Shown here in pieces: positions 13,801 through 27,018 of a stretch of 64,000 nucleotides of DNA. The notes beneath the pieces are model-generated. The model saw only the letters and a program-made list of their open reading frames with translations. It had not been told where the DNA came from and did not search any database. The stretch's first letter is position 1. The number at the start of each line of letters is the position of its first letter. The stretch is from Octopus vulgaris. Its lineage: Eukaryota. The translations under genes and the position numbers were made by a program. The DNA is taken from NCBI GenBank assembly GCA_951406725.2, contig OX597819.1, positions 26,040,001 through 26,104,000 on the forward strand. Reading direction: 5' to 3'.

Positions 13801-15040
13801 CAGGAAGAAAGACTTGTTACAGATTTTGCTTGTCACAGTTTTATGGAGTCAGTTTTAATTTATAGACTAGTTTATCAAAACTTTGTATATCTAAGGCCAA
13901 AGTATTCAAAAACTTCTTTATCCTTTTGTTATAATATTCTTTTAACTTTATGCAATATGGCAATATTGTTTAAAATATTTTGTTATAGTACCACATGATA
14001 AGATTTCTCCTGTTTCATTATCAATGGTCTACTAGTGGTGTGCCCCTTTAATTTTCAGCTAGCGTCTTGATATAAGATTTCCTTTACCAAATCTGAAATA
14101 AATCTTGATAATTTTTATGACTATACCCACTATGATTTCTGTCGTCTCCCTTAGCACACTTCCTAACAGGCATTGCTCTTTGATCTTTTGGCCTTAGCTA
14201 TACAAACATTTCATAAACTAGTGTATAAATTAAAACTGACCCCATAAAACAGTGACAAGCAAAATCTGGAATACCCAATAGAATGAAGATTTATAGTCAC
14301 GTGGTTGCTAAATCCAGCACTATGAGAAGGTTTTCTACCCGGTCAGGGGTTTGGCGAATATATCAGATGCATGAACGTAAATATAACACATGCATGAACG
14401 ATAGTTCGGTAAATGGGTTACTTCACATTAAATGAGAAATATAGTTGTAATTAGACATTTAAAAAAATTTGAAACAGTAAAGAACTAAATGAATGCCTGT
14501 ATCTGTCTAGTTAGATAAGTGTACTGTTGTTGTTGACATTTAATTACTTAAAACAGTGGCCTTATGAAATGCTATACGATATCGTAAAATATCGAAACCC
14601 GAGGCGTTTTTGTATCACTATTTTCTATATCACTTTTATTTTTCATTGCCTAATATCCATTCGTAAGGAATATGACGTGCTTTTGTCTCAGAAATTTTAT
14701 GTAATGTAGTAATACTTCAACAATGAATTATTCAAGAAAACCAAACTTTTCTTCAAGGCAAACTTCTCTCAAACTTAATTTTGATAATTAAATCATTCTG
14801 ATTAGAACCCGCTTCACATTCGAGCGCAGAAGACGAATAAAGACACAATGAAAATGAAAATACTGGCAATAATTCAAACGAAATTACATACGTATATTTT
14901 TATTGCTTGAATGATCTTTGAATGTCACGAGAACATTATCGCAAAGTAATTAGAAAATTTATTGATAGAACATATAGTAGGATGGCAGGTGCTTATTAGT
15001 TCTACAAATGGATAAATCTCAGGTAGAATTGGTAAGTATA

Positions 15041-15546
15041 TCTATATATATAAAACTCTAGTTGTGTGAGTGTCTGTCTCCTTCGATTTAGATTCCTAAC
15101 TCCTCCCACATTTTGCGGTGCAGTTTAACCAAATTCGGGTATATTATAGTCGTGATTCATATCGAGCCCGTCTGGCTATTAGTGCGCGTCAACGATGAGT
15201 CTACGATTTTAAAAATAATTTAACATCATTTTTTATTCCATTTTAATGCATAAAATGCATCGTATGTCGATGGCGGCGGAGTTGGCGTCCACGCTCACAG
15301 CTGCACCTGTTTGCTTCTCCACCTTCCCTCCCTCGTGAAGCTGTGGGGAAGGGAGTGTAAAGAAATCAACGTCGTAATGCGTTGTGAAGGAAACTAGCGT
15401 TCTTTTAGAATAACGACTTCATGGCTTGAAGACACCAAAACAAAAATAGCTAAGAAAGCCCGAATTTATAAGGGAAGTAACTCTCTAAAAATGCTTATAT
15501 AGTTATTTCCCTTACAAACCCGAGCAACGCCGGGCGATACTGCTAG
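15041..15546 (+). mobile_element. Non-autonomous Helitron, copy 1
   Basis: A|TC 5' end, subterminal hairpin CCCGAGCAACGCCGGG, CTAG 3' end. Confidence 0.88.
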
Positions 15547-15945
15547 TCTTTATATATAAAAGTGAAGTTGTGTGTCTGTCTCCTACGATTTAGATTCCTA
15601 ACTACTCCCACATTTTGCGGTGCAGTTTAACCAAAACCGGGTATCTTATAGTCGTGATTCATATCGAGCCCTTCTGGGTATTAGCGCGCGTCTACGATGA
15701 GTCTACGATTTAAAAAAACATTTACCATCATTTTTTGACATTTTAATGCATTTTTTCACTATTATATAAGGGAAGTAACTCTCTAAAAATGTCTACGATG
15801 AGTCAACGATTTTTAAAAAATTTACCATCATTTTTTTTCTCCATTTTTAATGCATTTTTTTGCTACATTTTGGCTATAACTCTCTAAAAATGCTTATATA
15901 GTTATTTCCCTTACAAACCCGAGCAACGCCGGGCGATACTGCTAG
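15547..15945 (+). mobile_element. Non-autonomous Helitron, copy 2 (head-to-tail with copy 1)
   Basis: TC start directly after the CTAG of copy 1; same hairpin; ends CTAG|T. Confidence 0.88.
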
Positions 15946-16197
15946 TTCATAATAAGAATATTTCATGCTCGGCTTTACTTTTTATTCTTTCGGAGTCGAT
16001 AGAGTAGGTACCAGTTGAGCATTGGAGTCTGTTTAATCGACGTACGCTCTCCGCCGAACCTCCGCCGAACAAATTTTGAAATCATTATTAGAAGTATTTA
16101 CGAATGTGATCTCTTTCATTCATTGCTGTTTTCAAACGATACTTCTGTATGTCTCTCTCATTTGGAAAATAATTTAATCGTTATACCACTATTAAAA

Positions 16198-16570
16198 AGG
16201 CGACGAGCTGGCAGAAAAATTAGCACGCCGGGCGAAACGCTTAGCGGTATTTCGTCTGCCGCTACGTTCTGAGTTCAAATTCCGCCGAGGTCGACTTTGC
16301 CTTTCATCCTTTCGGGGTCGATTAGATAAGTACCAGTTACGCACTGGCGTCGATATTATCGACTTAATCCGTTTGTCTGTCCTTGTTTGTCCTCTCTGTG
16401 TTTAGCCCCTTCTGGATAGTAAAGAAATAGATATTTCGTCTGTTTTTACGTTCTGAGTTCAAATTCCGACGCGGTCGACTTTACTTCTGATCCTTTCGAT
16501 GTCGATAAATTAAGTACCATTTGTGTAGTGGGGTCGATATAATCGACTGGTCATGTGCCTAGAGTAGAAA
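16198..16570 (+). mobile_element. tRNA-derived SINE, family B, with partial tandem second unit
   Basis: GGCGACGAGCTGGCAGAA head, GAGTTCAAATTCC B-box, core GGTCGACTTTGCCTTTCATCCTTTCGGGGTCGAT; core repeated at 16431-16570. Confidence 0.88.
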
Positions 16571-17289
16571 ATATTATATCAATATTAAGAAATGTTCGAA
16601 CAATCTTAATGTTGAACGAAAAATTATCCGTACTAAAATAAGTAATACTTCATTTTAATGTCAATGATAGAAGCTACTAAATAAGTGTCGGATAATCTAT
16701 TCAGCAAAGTCCCAGGTATAACAATGATATCAAGAAAAATATCGAAGTAATGTTCCTCACATTTTCTACACCAACCAGGTATTAACGTAAATCCGGATTA
16801 GAAACAATGACACCAGTGATTATGGTCAGACATTGCCAAGATGTTAAAACCGCTTTAGCTATATGTTTATAGATACTTGCACAAAGTAATACTCCTGTTT
16901 AAACACGCATGTACGCACACAGAGTCGGTGCGTACATATTTTATATAAAATTCTTGATTCGTATTACAAACCTTTTTTGTGTAATAGTGAAAGCATCACC
17001 AGGCATGAATAACATTATCTTTACATTAATCATAACTCGTCACGTATAAATTTTATTGCAATTTCGAACATCACGATTAAAGCGATGTTTTAAATGAAAG
17101 TGACTCATCTCCAGGAATAATCACATCTATACTACTTTCAGCTTGCTCGTAGATCCTAGCAATTTTCAGTGATAAAGCTTTTGGTGAATGTACTTCAAAG
17201 AAATTGTTCTGACAAGTCGATGCGTGCAAAGTCGGTACTTAACATGTTTTGACATGTTTCGTAGGTCATTAGCAATATACAGATTATTT

Positions 17290-17516
17290 TATTCTTTTAT
17301 TCTTTTATTCTTCTATTCGTTTCAGTCTTTTTGACTGCGGCCATGCTGGAGCACTACCTTTAGTCGCGCAAATCGACCCCAGGACTTATTCTTTGTAAGC
17401 CTAGTAGTTATTCTATCGGTCTCTTATGTTGAACCGCTAAGTTACGGGGACGTAAACACACCAGCATCGATGCCAAGTGATGTTGGGACACACACACACA
17501 ACCATAAACACACACA

Positions 17517-17573
<57 letters not shown>

Positions 17574-17734
17574 GTACGAGGGCTTCTTTCAGTTTCCATC
17601 TACCAAATCGACTCGCAAGGCTTTGTTCGGCCCGAGACTATAGTAGAAGACGCCCAAGGTGCCATGCAGTGGGACTGAACCTGCAATCATGTGGTTGGTT
17701 AGCAAACTACTCACCACACAGCCACCCCTGCGCC
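17290..17734 (-). mobile_element. SINE family A
   Basis: Reverse complement of 3494-3932 with an (AAAGAAT)n-like tail. Confidence 0.9.
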
Positions 17735-17859
17735 TATAAAAATTGTTTATTGGACGACATTTTTACGTTTCCTTTTATAGCTGAAAAACCGTACTCAAAC
17801 AGTCATTACTAACCTTTTAAGACTGGATAAATTTAAGGCGCCAACCTAACAGAATCCTT

Positions 17860-18045
17860 ATCTCACCGGATAAAACCGTCAGCGGCATTTCGTCCGTCTT
17901 TACGTTCTGAGTTCAAATTTCACCGAAATCGACTTTGCTAATCCCTTTCGGAATCGATAAAATAAGTACCAGCTGATCACCTGAGTTAATGTAATCAACT
18001 TACCCGCCTCTTGCAATTGTTGATTTGTGCCAAAATTTGAAACCG
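17860..18045 (+). mobile_element. SINE family B, older fragment
   Basis: TTACGTTCTGAGTTCAAATT..TCGACTTTGC..GATAAAATAAGTACCAG. Confidence 0.75.
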
Positions 18046-20078
18046 ATAGTGCAAATAGTATGTCCATCCATCTGCCAATAATGCCCAAAGTGTAACACTT
18101 ATATGTAAATATTCTCTTTGCCATGAAAGCCTACTTTCTCTCTGTGTTGTTTAGTAAATTTCAAACACCACAATACAGTGCATTTCACAATACTATCACA
18201 AAAGAAGTCTTAAATATTCATGAACAGACCCTGTGAATATTAGCGAATACATATATAATTCAGTTATTGGTAACGTATTTGCAGATGTTTTCTTGTTGAT
18301 GGGTTCACAGTAAATCCATTCATAAAAGACAATAGTATTTATCAAAATAGAAAAGAAATTCAAATGAAGCACAGATACTCCAAAGATAATACAATAGAAA
18401 AAAGTTTCTTTTGCTGTAAGCACAATTCTTCAATTTTTTATTTTTGTAACATTTAAATACATTTTGATTATAAACTACATCAACCTCAATAACTGAAGCG
18501 GAAGAGAAATGCATGCAAAAAGAAGGTGATAATAATGTTGCACCGGAAATATTACACATGTAATGAAAACTTTCAAAATCTCATTTCATTTGTACGTCAA
18601 ATTGATTTTAGCTGGGCAGAAAATAAAACACTTCATAATCTCTACAACTTTTCACAATATCCAAATACCTTCGAGAAATATATGAAACAGGAATACTATT
18701 TATTTTAATTCCAGTCTCAGTCATTCTTATTCCAGGTGTTATAATCATTGTAGTAGCGTGAAAATATAATTATTATTGGAAACATTAATATTACAGATAA
18801 TGCTGCTGATAGTTTTAGAATGAATATTATGATCATATGCATTTCTATATTATTATCATTATTGTTTTTTTTAATTGTTGTTGTTGTTATCGCCATCGTT
18901 GTTGTCATCGTCATCATCATCATCAATATTATTAATAGCTGATTGTCGGTTCGAATAAAACCAATTACACAGCTGGTGCAACAGAAAAGTGCGTGAACTT
19001 AGCATGGTCTCACTCATATGTAGTTTATAATCAAGATAATGTTTGTGTTTGTATTATTTATTCTGCTATAATTGAAAACAAATATTGAAAATGTTACGAT
19101 AATATTTCCTATGTAATTATCAATTTCCTGCATAAATGTGACGCATGCATTTCATCTTATTTCTAAATCGGTTGCGTATATTAATCTAGCTACTTGAAAA
19201 CTAAATTAGTAAACTCAAGTAATGGAACTGTTGATGTTTATACCAATAAAGGAATATTAGAAATTAGTTTTCAATTTGAAAGACTAGAAGCACTTACTTC
19301 GTTATAGTTTCACAGATGTATTTAATTATCAACGTAAATCTGTAGGCTGTAATTTTGCTCAGATACAACATAAGTGTCAAATAATTATAGGTGGTAGGTG
19401 CGGGATACATTATTATGAACAAAGTCGATGTTGACGTAATAGAATGACTCAGTAATCGTTTATTTAATTAAAATTAACATCGCAGCCAGGAAAGATGAAC
19501 AATTAGCTTAATGGCTAATTCTAGTCAAAAGAGTCAAGGGAGACAACACCAGATTTACGCTCCACAACTCACTCACACTTAATTTCTAATCAATTTCAAT
19601 TAAAATAAATATCGGAGGTTTTCTGTCCAAGCCTTCTTAACCAGAGTTAATCATTATTTTCTCTTCACTATAGATGCACTTTTAATTGATTATAATTGCC
19701 TTCATGCAATAGGAAACCGACGTACCAGTGTTTCCATGCAGAAGGCGCTTTTTGATTAATTACTTGATATATTCATTCATCTTGCCAATGTGGCTTTTAC
19801 TCATAACATTTGTAATCTCACGTCATATTACTTCTGGTAATAATCGATAAATATTCTATTTAATGATATTAATGATATGAAAACATACCCAGAATGTATA
19901 TTTGGGTAGACACCTTATGCAATACTATGTAAAGCTCGTCCACAGTGTTAGCTAACTGATGTTATAAACAGTAGGAATGCGTATGCACTGGGATTTACTT
20001 AAGGCATTCCTAGGTGAACCTACAGACAAAAAACGAAACTAACGAGATTCACAATAATCACATGAATTCTATCTCTCG

Positions 20079-20200
<122 letters not shown>

Positions 20201-21678
20201 ATGTGTGCATCTGTGTGTGCGTGTAAATGTATAAACGTTTAGTAAATTATTTGAGGCTATTTTATGGTAAACATACATTCATAAACCGTCTGCTTCCAAT
20301 GTATTTCAATAGCTAAAGATGTATTGGGGAATAGATACCTATGCCTAATTGATTATAAAAAATTGTGAAAAGTATTTAGCTTCAGCCAAAATCACGAAGA
20401 TATATTAAACACAACCCACACGCGTACTGCCATTAACTTTAAATATTCCCTGTTTTGTAAAATTTAGAGAGAAACTTTGTTTCAACGACAGTCTCCGCAT
20501 TTCCAGTATTAACAAAAGTTTGAAACTCATATACACCCTCGCTCTATAAATGGATTTCAATGTTCCATTTGTAGAAGCTACAAGAGATAGAATAACATAA
20601 ATGAATCATTAAATGCATAGATTTCATCACTTACATAGCTAGTGGATATCTTGTGGTTACAGACCTTCCTGTCGTTCATTTCATTAGAAAACATTAAAAA
20701 CAAATATAGAATGATATGAGAAAAGAGACATCGAAGCAAGCATATAGTGAATAAACAGTTCATGTCTATAAAACGAATTCCACTTCCCCGGTGCAGTGTG
20801 TCTAGAGGTATAAAGAACATAGAATTAACAATATTCCGTTGGTATGTCCATAGTTAAGTCTGCAGTATTATACTCTGTCTGGAAAATATGCTGCTATTGA
20901 TTGACTGTGTTCCGATTCAACTTTTAAATGTTAAATAAAAGCAATAAATGAAGACTCAGTTCAACACGGGAATACATATCTATTAAAATCAGACATCTAA
21001 CTATAAGTAAGTACGATATTCTACTAACCAAACAGTACGTTGGTAACGGTTAAACAAATATATTTGCAGAGCAGTAATTCATTTTCAGCAGTGTTTACAC
21101 CTACCATACTTTCAAGATGGAAAAACTCGATCATTACTAAGGAGATACACTAAGAGACTACAAACAGACACCAACAATAAGATGTTGTGTTTATTTTCAA
21201 AGTAAAACAAGTCAATATCGGAAAGTAGGGTGCAAAGAACCTGAACAAATACCCCTTCTTGGTCTCTGTCAGTGCATGCAAGAGAAAACAACGAAAATCC
21301 TTCAACACATTTTTAATCATAAGTTTCACATGTTTCTACACCATCTCCATTTTCAACGCCAGTTTACGCAAAAATTATAAAAGAAAAATTACGTAATATG
21401 CGGTTGTAGGCATTGGAGAGGCATTTCCTCAGACTTGCATCCGAATCACACTATTACGTTGTGCGTCTAACAGACGTTGTTATCAAAGTATCGGGAAGAA
21501 ATAATAAGGAAAAAGTAAAATTATGTATGCCGGATGAGTCTGTGGGGGAAGAACTTATGTAGGTGTGGGGAAATCAAGAGGATAGATGCGCATAAAAATA
21601 GGAAGAAGAAAGAGAAGGAGAGGAGGAATATATATACATATTTACCACATTGTGAACTCTGGGATATCGTACCTAGCC

Positions 21679-21746
<68 letters not shown>

Positions 21747-22108
21747 AATATAAGAGAGTGTTCACTATATTGATCACTCTAGCACCAGTTAATCCAAGAG
21801 GTTTCAACCACGAAAAATACATGTTTCCCATGAAAGCCGGTACGACTGTTAGTTCACACGGACAGGGCAAATAAAAATAACAAAAATACAGATTATCTTG
21901 GGACAATTGTTTCGCTATTAATGAATTAAATGTAATATTACTTACAGCAATCCATTTGTAGCTCTTCAGCCAAGGCTATCTTGATGAAATCCACTCAATC
22001 ACACGCCAGATTTTACCATAACGATAATTACGCGTGCGGTTCAATTGATTACATCGGACGTTATAATTCAAATGCCCCAACCAACAGCGCGCCAAACTCT
22101 CACGGAAA

Positions 22109-22113
<5 letters not shown>

Positions 22114-22177
<64 letters not shown>

Positions 22178-22216
22178 GTATATATATATATATTTATATA
22201 TATATATGTATATATA

Positions 22217-22249
<33 letters not shown>

Positions 22250-22257
22250 AATTTATG

Positions 22258-22290
<33 letters not shown>
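22114..22290. repeat. Interrupted (TA)n microsatellite
   Basis: Direct reading. Confidence 0.95.
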
Positions 22291-23064
22291 GCAGTACAAC
22301 AGAAGACAATGTAGTGTAAAGTTACTAATTACGTCATTGCATGTGACTGTTATATGAAAATTACGTAAATGAAATTAAATAACATTGCTGAGAAATTTAT
22401 AACATTGCTCTGGGGATTTAAAACAACAGCGAGGTATTACATATATAGTCTACTTTCATTTTAAAACGTATACATACTTATTTTAAAAAGCTTGTTATAT
22501 TTGTCCACAGAATACGATGACGGTTGTAGCGGTCACAAAGGGACATTATCCAAAATCTTATCCTAATGCAGATTTGTTTATTTTAAAGGATTGGAATGGA
22601 GCAGTATCTTTGAAGTCATGCAGTTAAAAAAAGTTTGAATTATTTCGCCGATCCTTGTGTTTTGGAATGCTAATGATAGTGTAGTTGGCATCATTTACAG
22701 CAATTTAACTTTAGAAACATTAATGCGTAAGGTAAAGGCCCCTAAGAATGAAAATGCAATCTAATATACATATGTATATACATATGCACGCACATACATA
22801 AATTTTTTCTTCAAATTCCATATAATGTAAACCTTCTACGGATCGTTGGCAATAATTTACAGGCATCGACTGCACATATATATATATATAGAAGTAACAT
22901 GTGTATACATACAGTGTTCTCATGGCCAACGGCATCTTTGGAAAACCAGCAACATAGTAATTTCAATACTCATAGTTGAGATATGAGTCATTCTGACGAA
23001 AACACCTTATATCCTCTCTCTCTCTCTTTCTCTCTCTCGCTCTCTACGTATATATATATATGTA

Positions 23065-23220
23065 TCCTTTTTTCTATCTTTTTCTCTCCTTGTTTCTTTT
23101 TGTGGACGAGCGTAGGCTCGAAACGTTAAAGACTTTTTCAATCCTGAGCGTTATACTAATACATCTGTTTGTTGTCTATACCACCTGTCTTCCTCTTTTG
23201 TTTTTTGTGAATTCTCCCCA
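23065..23220 (+). mobile_element. Short repeat with a degenerate minimal hammerhead-like motif
   Basis: 23095-23132: tcttt-TTGTGGA-c-GAGC-gtag-GCTC-GAAA-CG-TT-aaaga. Confidence 0.5.
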
Positions 23221-23284
23221 CATATATATTTATATATGAGTTCAGCAAAAACTTAGCTTCACATGAATATGGTAGTAAAGTTGA

Positions 23285-23480
23285 GGCACCAGAATTTAGC
23301 ATGGTATTATCCATACAATTTCAAAAGAAGGTGATTAGAATCAAAGTAAGGAACCAGGATATCCAGAGGTAATGCCGTATGATCGTTTCAAGCAACTCCA
23401 TTTAATTGAACAATGCAACCATTACATCGATTTAAATACAGAGCAATCATCAGCTGCAGAAAGACATAGAATTTAATTCT
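23285..23480 (-). mobile_element. Second copy of the 13.5 kb repeat, with intact CTGATGA
   Basis: Clear alignment to 13495-13685; motif at 23372-23458. Confidence 0.7.
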
Positions 23481-23506
23481 TGTTAGAGATTTTGTTTGTC
23501 ATTTTA

Positions 23507-23511
<5 letters not shown>

Positions 23512-23553
<42 letters not shown>
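23512..23553. repeat. (GA)n microsatellite
   Basis: Direct reading. Confidence 0.95.
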
Positions 23554-23556
<3 letters not shown>

Positions 23557-23829
23557 ATGAGGCGTGTTTGCGAGGATTACTCAATCTTTGAGGTATCCGT
23601 TCTGAGTGCTCAAATAGGTGTGCCACAGAAATTCCCTTTGGAACAACAGCTGGAGTTGTGGTTATTTTTGTGTGTCATGTTCAAAAACGGCTAGAAAGCG
23701 GTGTTGTCCGTTTAATTCAGTAAGTACAGGCTAAAATAATGAGGAAACGCAAGCAATCGAGCAATGCAGGACAGGGTCATTTAATTGCATTTAATTCAAT
23801 CTAAATGTTGTTACATAACAAATGATGAA

Positions 23830-24020
23830 ATGGTGCCAAATAATAAAGATAGTCTCTGACAGTTTTTTCTGGGATATCTCGGCTATTGGAAGCATCGTAT
23901 CGAACGAACGCTCTCTAAGTTGGGGTTTCTATCATTCGAGAGGTAATTGTTAGACTGTGGAAGAATGTTCCTCAGCAATGATATTTGTTGCGATTCATTA
24001 TGTCCCAGAGTGTGGGAGGG
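23830..24020 (-). mobile_element. Possible piggyBac transposase remnant
   Basis: Broken minus peptides IMNRNKY.LLRNI...SNN and IPEKTV...SLLFG loosely match MSRNRF..L..NN and P...IDESLLLF.G. Confidence 0.25.
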
Positions 24021-24244
24021 TCCAGTTACATCCCCGTTAAACCGGGCCTTCTTTAGTTAAAACCATGATCAGAAAGAATGGTAAAACGGCACAGCATGGT
24101 GGGAAGCGAGAAAGAATTGTCGTGCAGTACTCCATATTGCGAACAATGCCCTTGTCTATTTATCAACCTGTCTTTCTCATGCCAGAGTTAGATATATATT
24201 TTTGATCTTTGGTTAACGTATATTCACTCATACTTTTTTGTTTG

Positions 24245-24467
24245 TACTCTCTTTTACTCTTATACTCTTTTACTCGTTGCAGTCATTTGACTGCGGCCAT
24301 GCTGGAGCACCGCCTTTTAGTCGAGCAAATCGACCCCGGGACTTATTCTTTGAAAGCCCAGTACCTATTCTATCGGTCTCTTTTGCCGAACCGCTAAGTG
24401 ACGGGGACGTAAACACACACCAGCATCGGTTGTCAAGCAATGTTAGGGGACAAACACAGACACACAA

Positions 24468-24527
<60 letters not shown>

Positions 24528-24685
24528 GACAGGCTTCTTTCAGTTTCCGTCTACCAAATCCACTCACAAGGCATTGGTCGGCCCGGGGCTATAGCAGAAG
24601 ACACTTGCCCAAGATGCCACGCAGTGGGACTGAACCTGCAACCATGTGGTTGGTTAGCAAGCTACTTACCACACAGCCACTCCTG
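24245..24685 (-). mobile_element. SINE family A
   Basis: High identity to 36395-36768 and 17290-17734. Confidence 0.92.
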
Positions 24686-24691
24686 TACATT

Positions 24692-24835
24692 CTATTTATA
24701 TGTTTATTTCTTTATTGCCCACAAGGGGCTACACATAGAGGGGACAAACAAGGAGAGACAAAGGGATTAAGTCGATTATAGTGACCACAGTGGCGTAACT
24801 ACTACTTATTTGACTCGGAAAGGATGAAAAGCAAA
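24692..24835 (-). mobile_element. SINE family B, 3' fragment
   Basis: Reverse complement of 16295-16430. Confidence 0.75.
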
Positions 24836-25963
24836 CATCCATGATAGCAAGAGTATTTCGTTGACACTGATATTTCGCTAATTTCAGAGAATTTATATCA
24901 TGTCAGCTGAGTTTCATGCTCAAGATATTGGAGTTTTATAATAGAAGACAGCTACTGTATGTTATAAAATAGAAGACAAATAATGTATGTTATATTTCGA
25001 AACTGTAAACTGAAAACTGGAATTGACCATAGTTAGTTAATACTAACTTAAGTTACTCATCTTTTGATGTGTATACAATGGAACTTCTGGTATAAAGACA
25101 TAAGATCTAGCGACATATTTTTGTTGCTAAGACCAAAGAACAATAGACATTTTTTCGTGCGCAAACAAACTTGCAGTAATCTTTTGATGTAATGGCTAGA
25201 TAACGGGTGTCATCGCTAAGAGCTATTATTAATAATGGAAAAAGAGACAGTTGTTGAAATGAAAGCCTATTATTAATTAACTTGGAAGTTCCTTCATTAT
25301 GAATATTGCACAACAAATATCTAAATATCAAGAGAAAAGTAACTCTTAAAACGTTGTTTTTGAAAGCCAGTATCAAGAGATTGCTTCAAGCGGATGTCTT
25401 CATATATTTACATTCATCTTCATTAATAATTAGAGAAAAATATGGTGCTGCATTCTGTGAATACACAAAATTATTCTGAGATAGTATCACTGTATGTGGT
25501 ATATTTTTATAATACTATGTTATTATCTATATAAGCGAAGTAGAAAAATCGCATCATTTTATTAGTGTATGCCATAAATATTTGAGTAAAGGTGGAATCA
25601 ATTCATTGTTGGATGTCACAAGTTCTGTCTAAAACTTAAGAACGAACTTCGTTTGAGATATTGAAGTACTACGTATTTCCTTAGATTTCATACAAAACAT
25701 TTTCAGAAAGTATCATATGACAGAAAGGTAAAACACTGGAAAATTCGGTTCCCAGATTATTCAATTGTAGGTTCAAGTTTTCTATTATAACTTTACCGCG
25801 ACAGTCTCCTACTGTTGCCACTGGTTCACCAAAGACTTGATTTTAAACAAACAAATGCTTCGTATGCATATACATACATACATATATACATATATATACA
25901 CACATATATATATATATATTTATGTGTGTGTGTATGTATGTATGTGTATATATATATATATAT

Positions 25964-26208
25964 TTGTGTCTGTGGAGAGTCATTCTCTTTTAGTGCCTTA
26001 TTATTTTACACGCACACCGGTTTAGTTTCCACTCATTTACTTAGTTGTTTTTTCTAAAATTTCCTTTGCGCCTTGCAACCTTTTTAATACTCGTTGCAAG
26101 ACGCAGGGAACATTTTAGAAAGCATATCAAAGAAAATGAGTGGAAGGTAAACCAATGAGTGTGTTAAATAATAAGGATTTAACAGAGAATGACTTTTCCC
26201 AGACACAA
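25964..26208. repeat. ~245 bp imperfect palindrome (fold-back)
   Basis: Arms pair: TTGTGTCTG/CAGACACAA, AGTCATTCTCT/AGAGAATGACT, CCTTATTATT/AATAATAAGG, TTCCACTCATTT/AAATGAGTGGAA, CTTGCAAC/GTTGCAAG. Confidence 0.85.
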
Positions 26209-26794
26209 CAAAATAAGCTTCAACACTCAACACATTAACTCACATAAAGAATCTTGGAAACCAAATCCCAAAACGATATGTATTTATATATAAACGTGTG
26301 ACTTTTTTTATTGGTGATTGACTGACATCATCGTTTGACAAATGGTGTGACTTTGTTTTTATCCTTGGAACTTCCAGAGAACGATAGAATAAGTGCCAAG
26401 TTTTTCAATTATTAACCCATTCGTTCGACTATAAGTCCTTTATGGCGGCGCCTCAGTTGATCATTGACTGACGCAAGTAAGAATTCTGTCCTTGAGCGAA
26501 GCACCTCATCTAACGTTCCCCCAATGCAGTCTTTTCTTTCAGAGTTCATGTTGCATTTCCCGCCAAACCAACAGGGTGAAATCATTCGACAGCTAAAATA
26601 TATCTTTATATTCAAAATATACATCGTTCTTTTCTTTACTCTGCGAAAATTTTAACATACTCATTTGGTATATGTGTTTTAAATTTACGGAGTTCTCCAA
26701 TGATATTTAACTGAAATAAAGTCTATCACTCTTCAAATGATTCAATGGTATACTTTTCACACTAATATTCGTTCCTAGCGTTTTTCAGATGGCC

Positions 26795-26857
26795 AGATAA
26801 CCGAAGAGATGGCGTTGTGGATTTCCACTTCGGCATCTGAAACTCAGAGTTTTATCT
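26795..26857 (+). ncRNA. Minimal type-I hammerhead-ribozyme-like motif inside a short repeat
   Basis: Stem I AGATAA/TTATCT; core CCGAAGA; stem II GATGGCG/CGGCATC; GAAAC-TCAGA-GTT. Confidence 0.55.
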
Positions 26858-26957
26858 TGACTATTGAGTAAATGTAACATATTATTTTATAGATAAATTT
26901 CCTCTATTTACATAATATTGAGGTCTCTTTCTTTCTTTTGATATCTTACCGTTTTTA

Positions 26958-27018
<61 letters not shown>

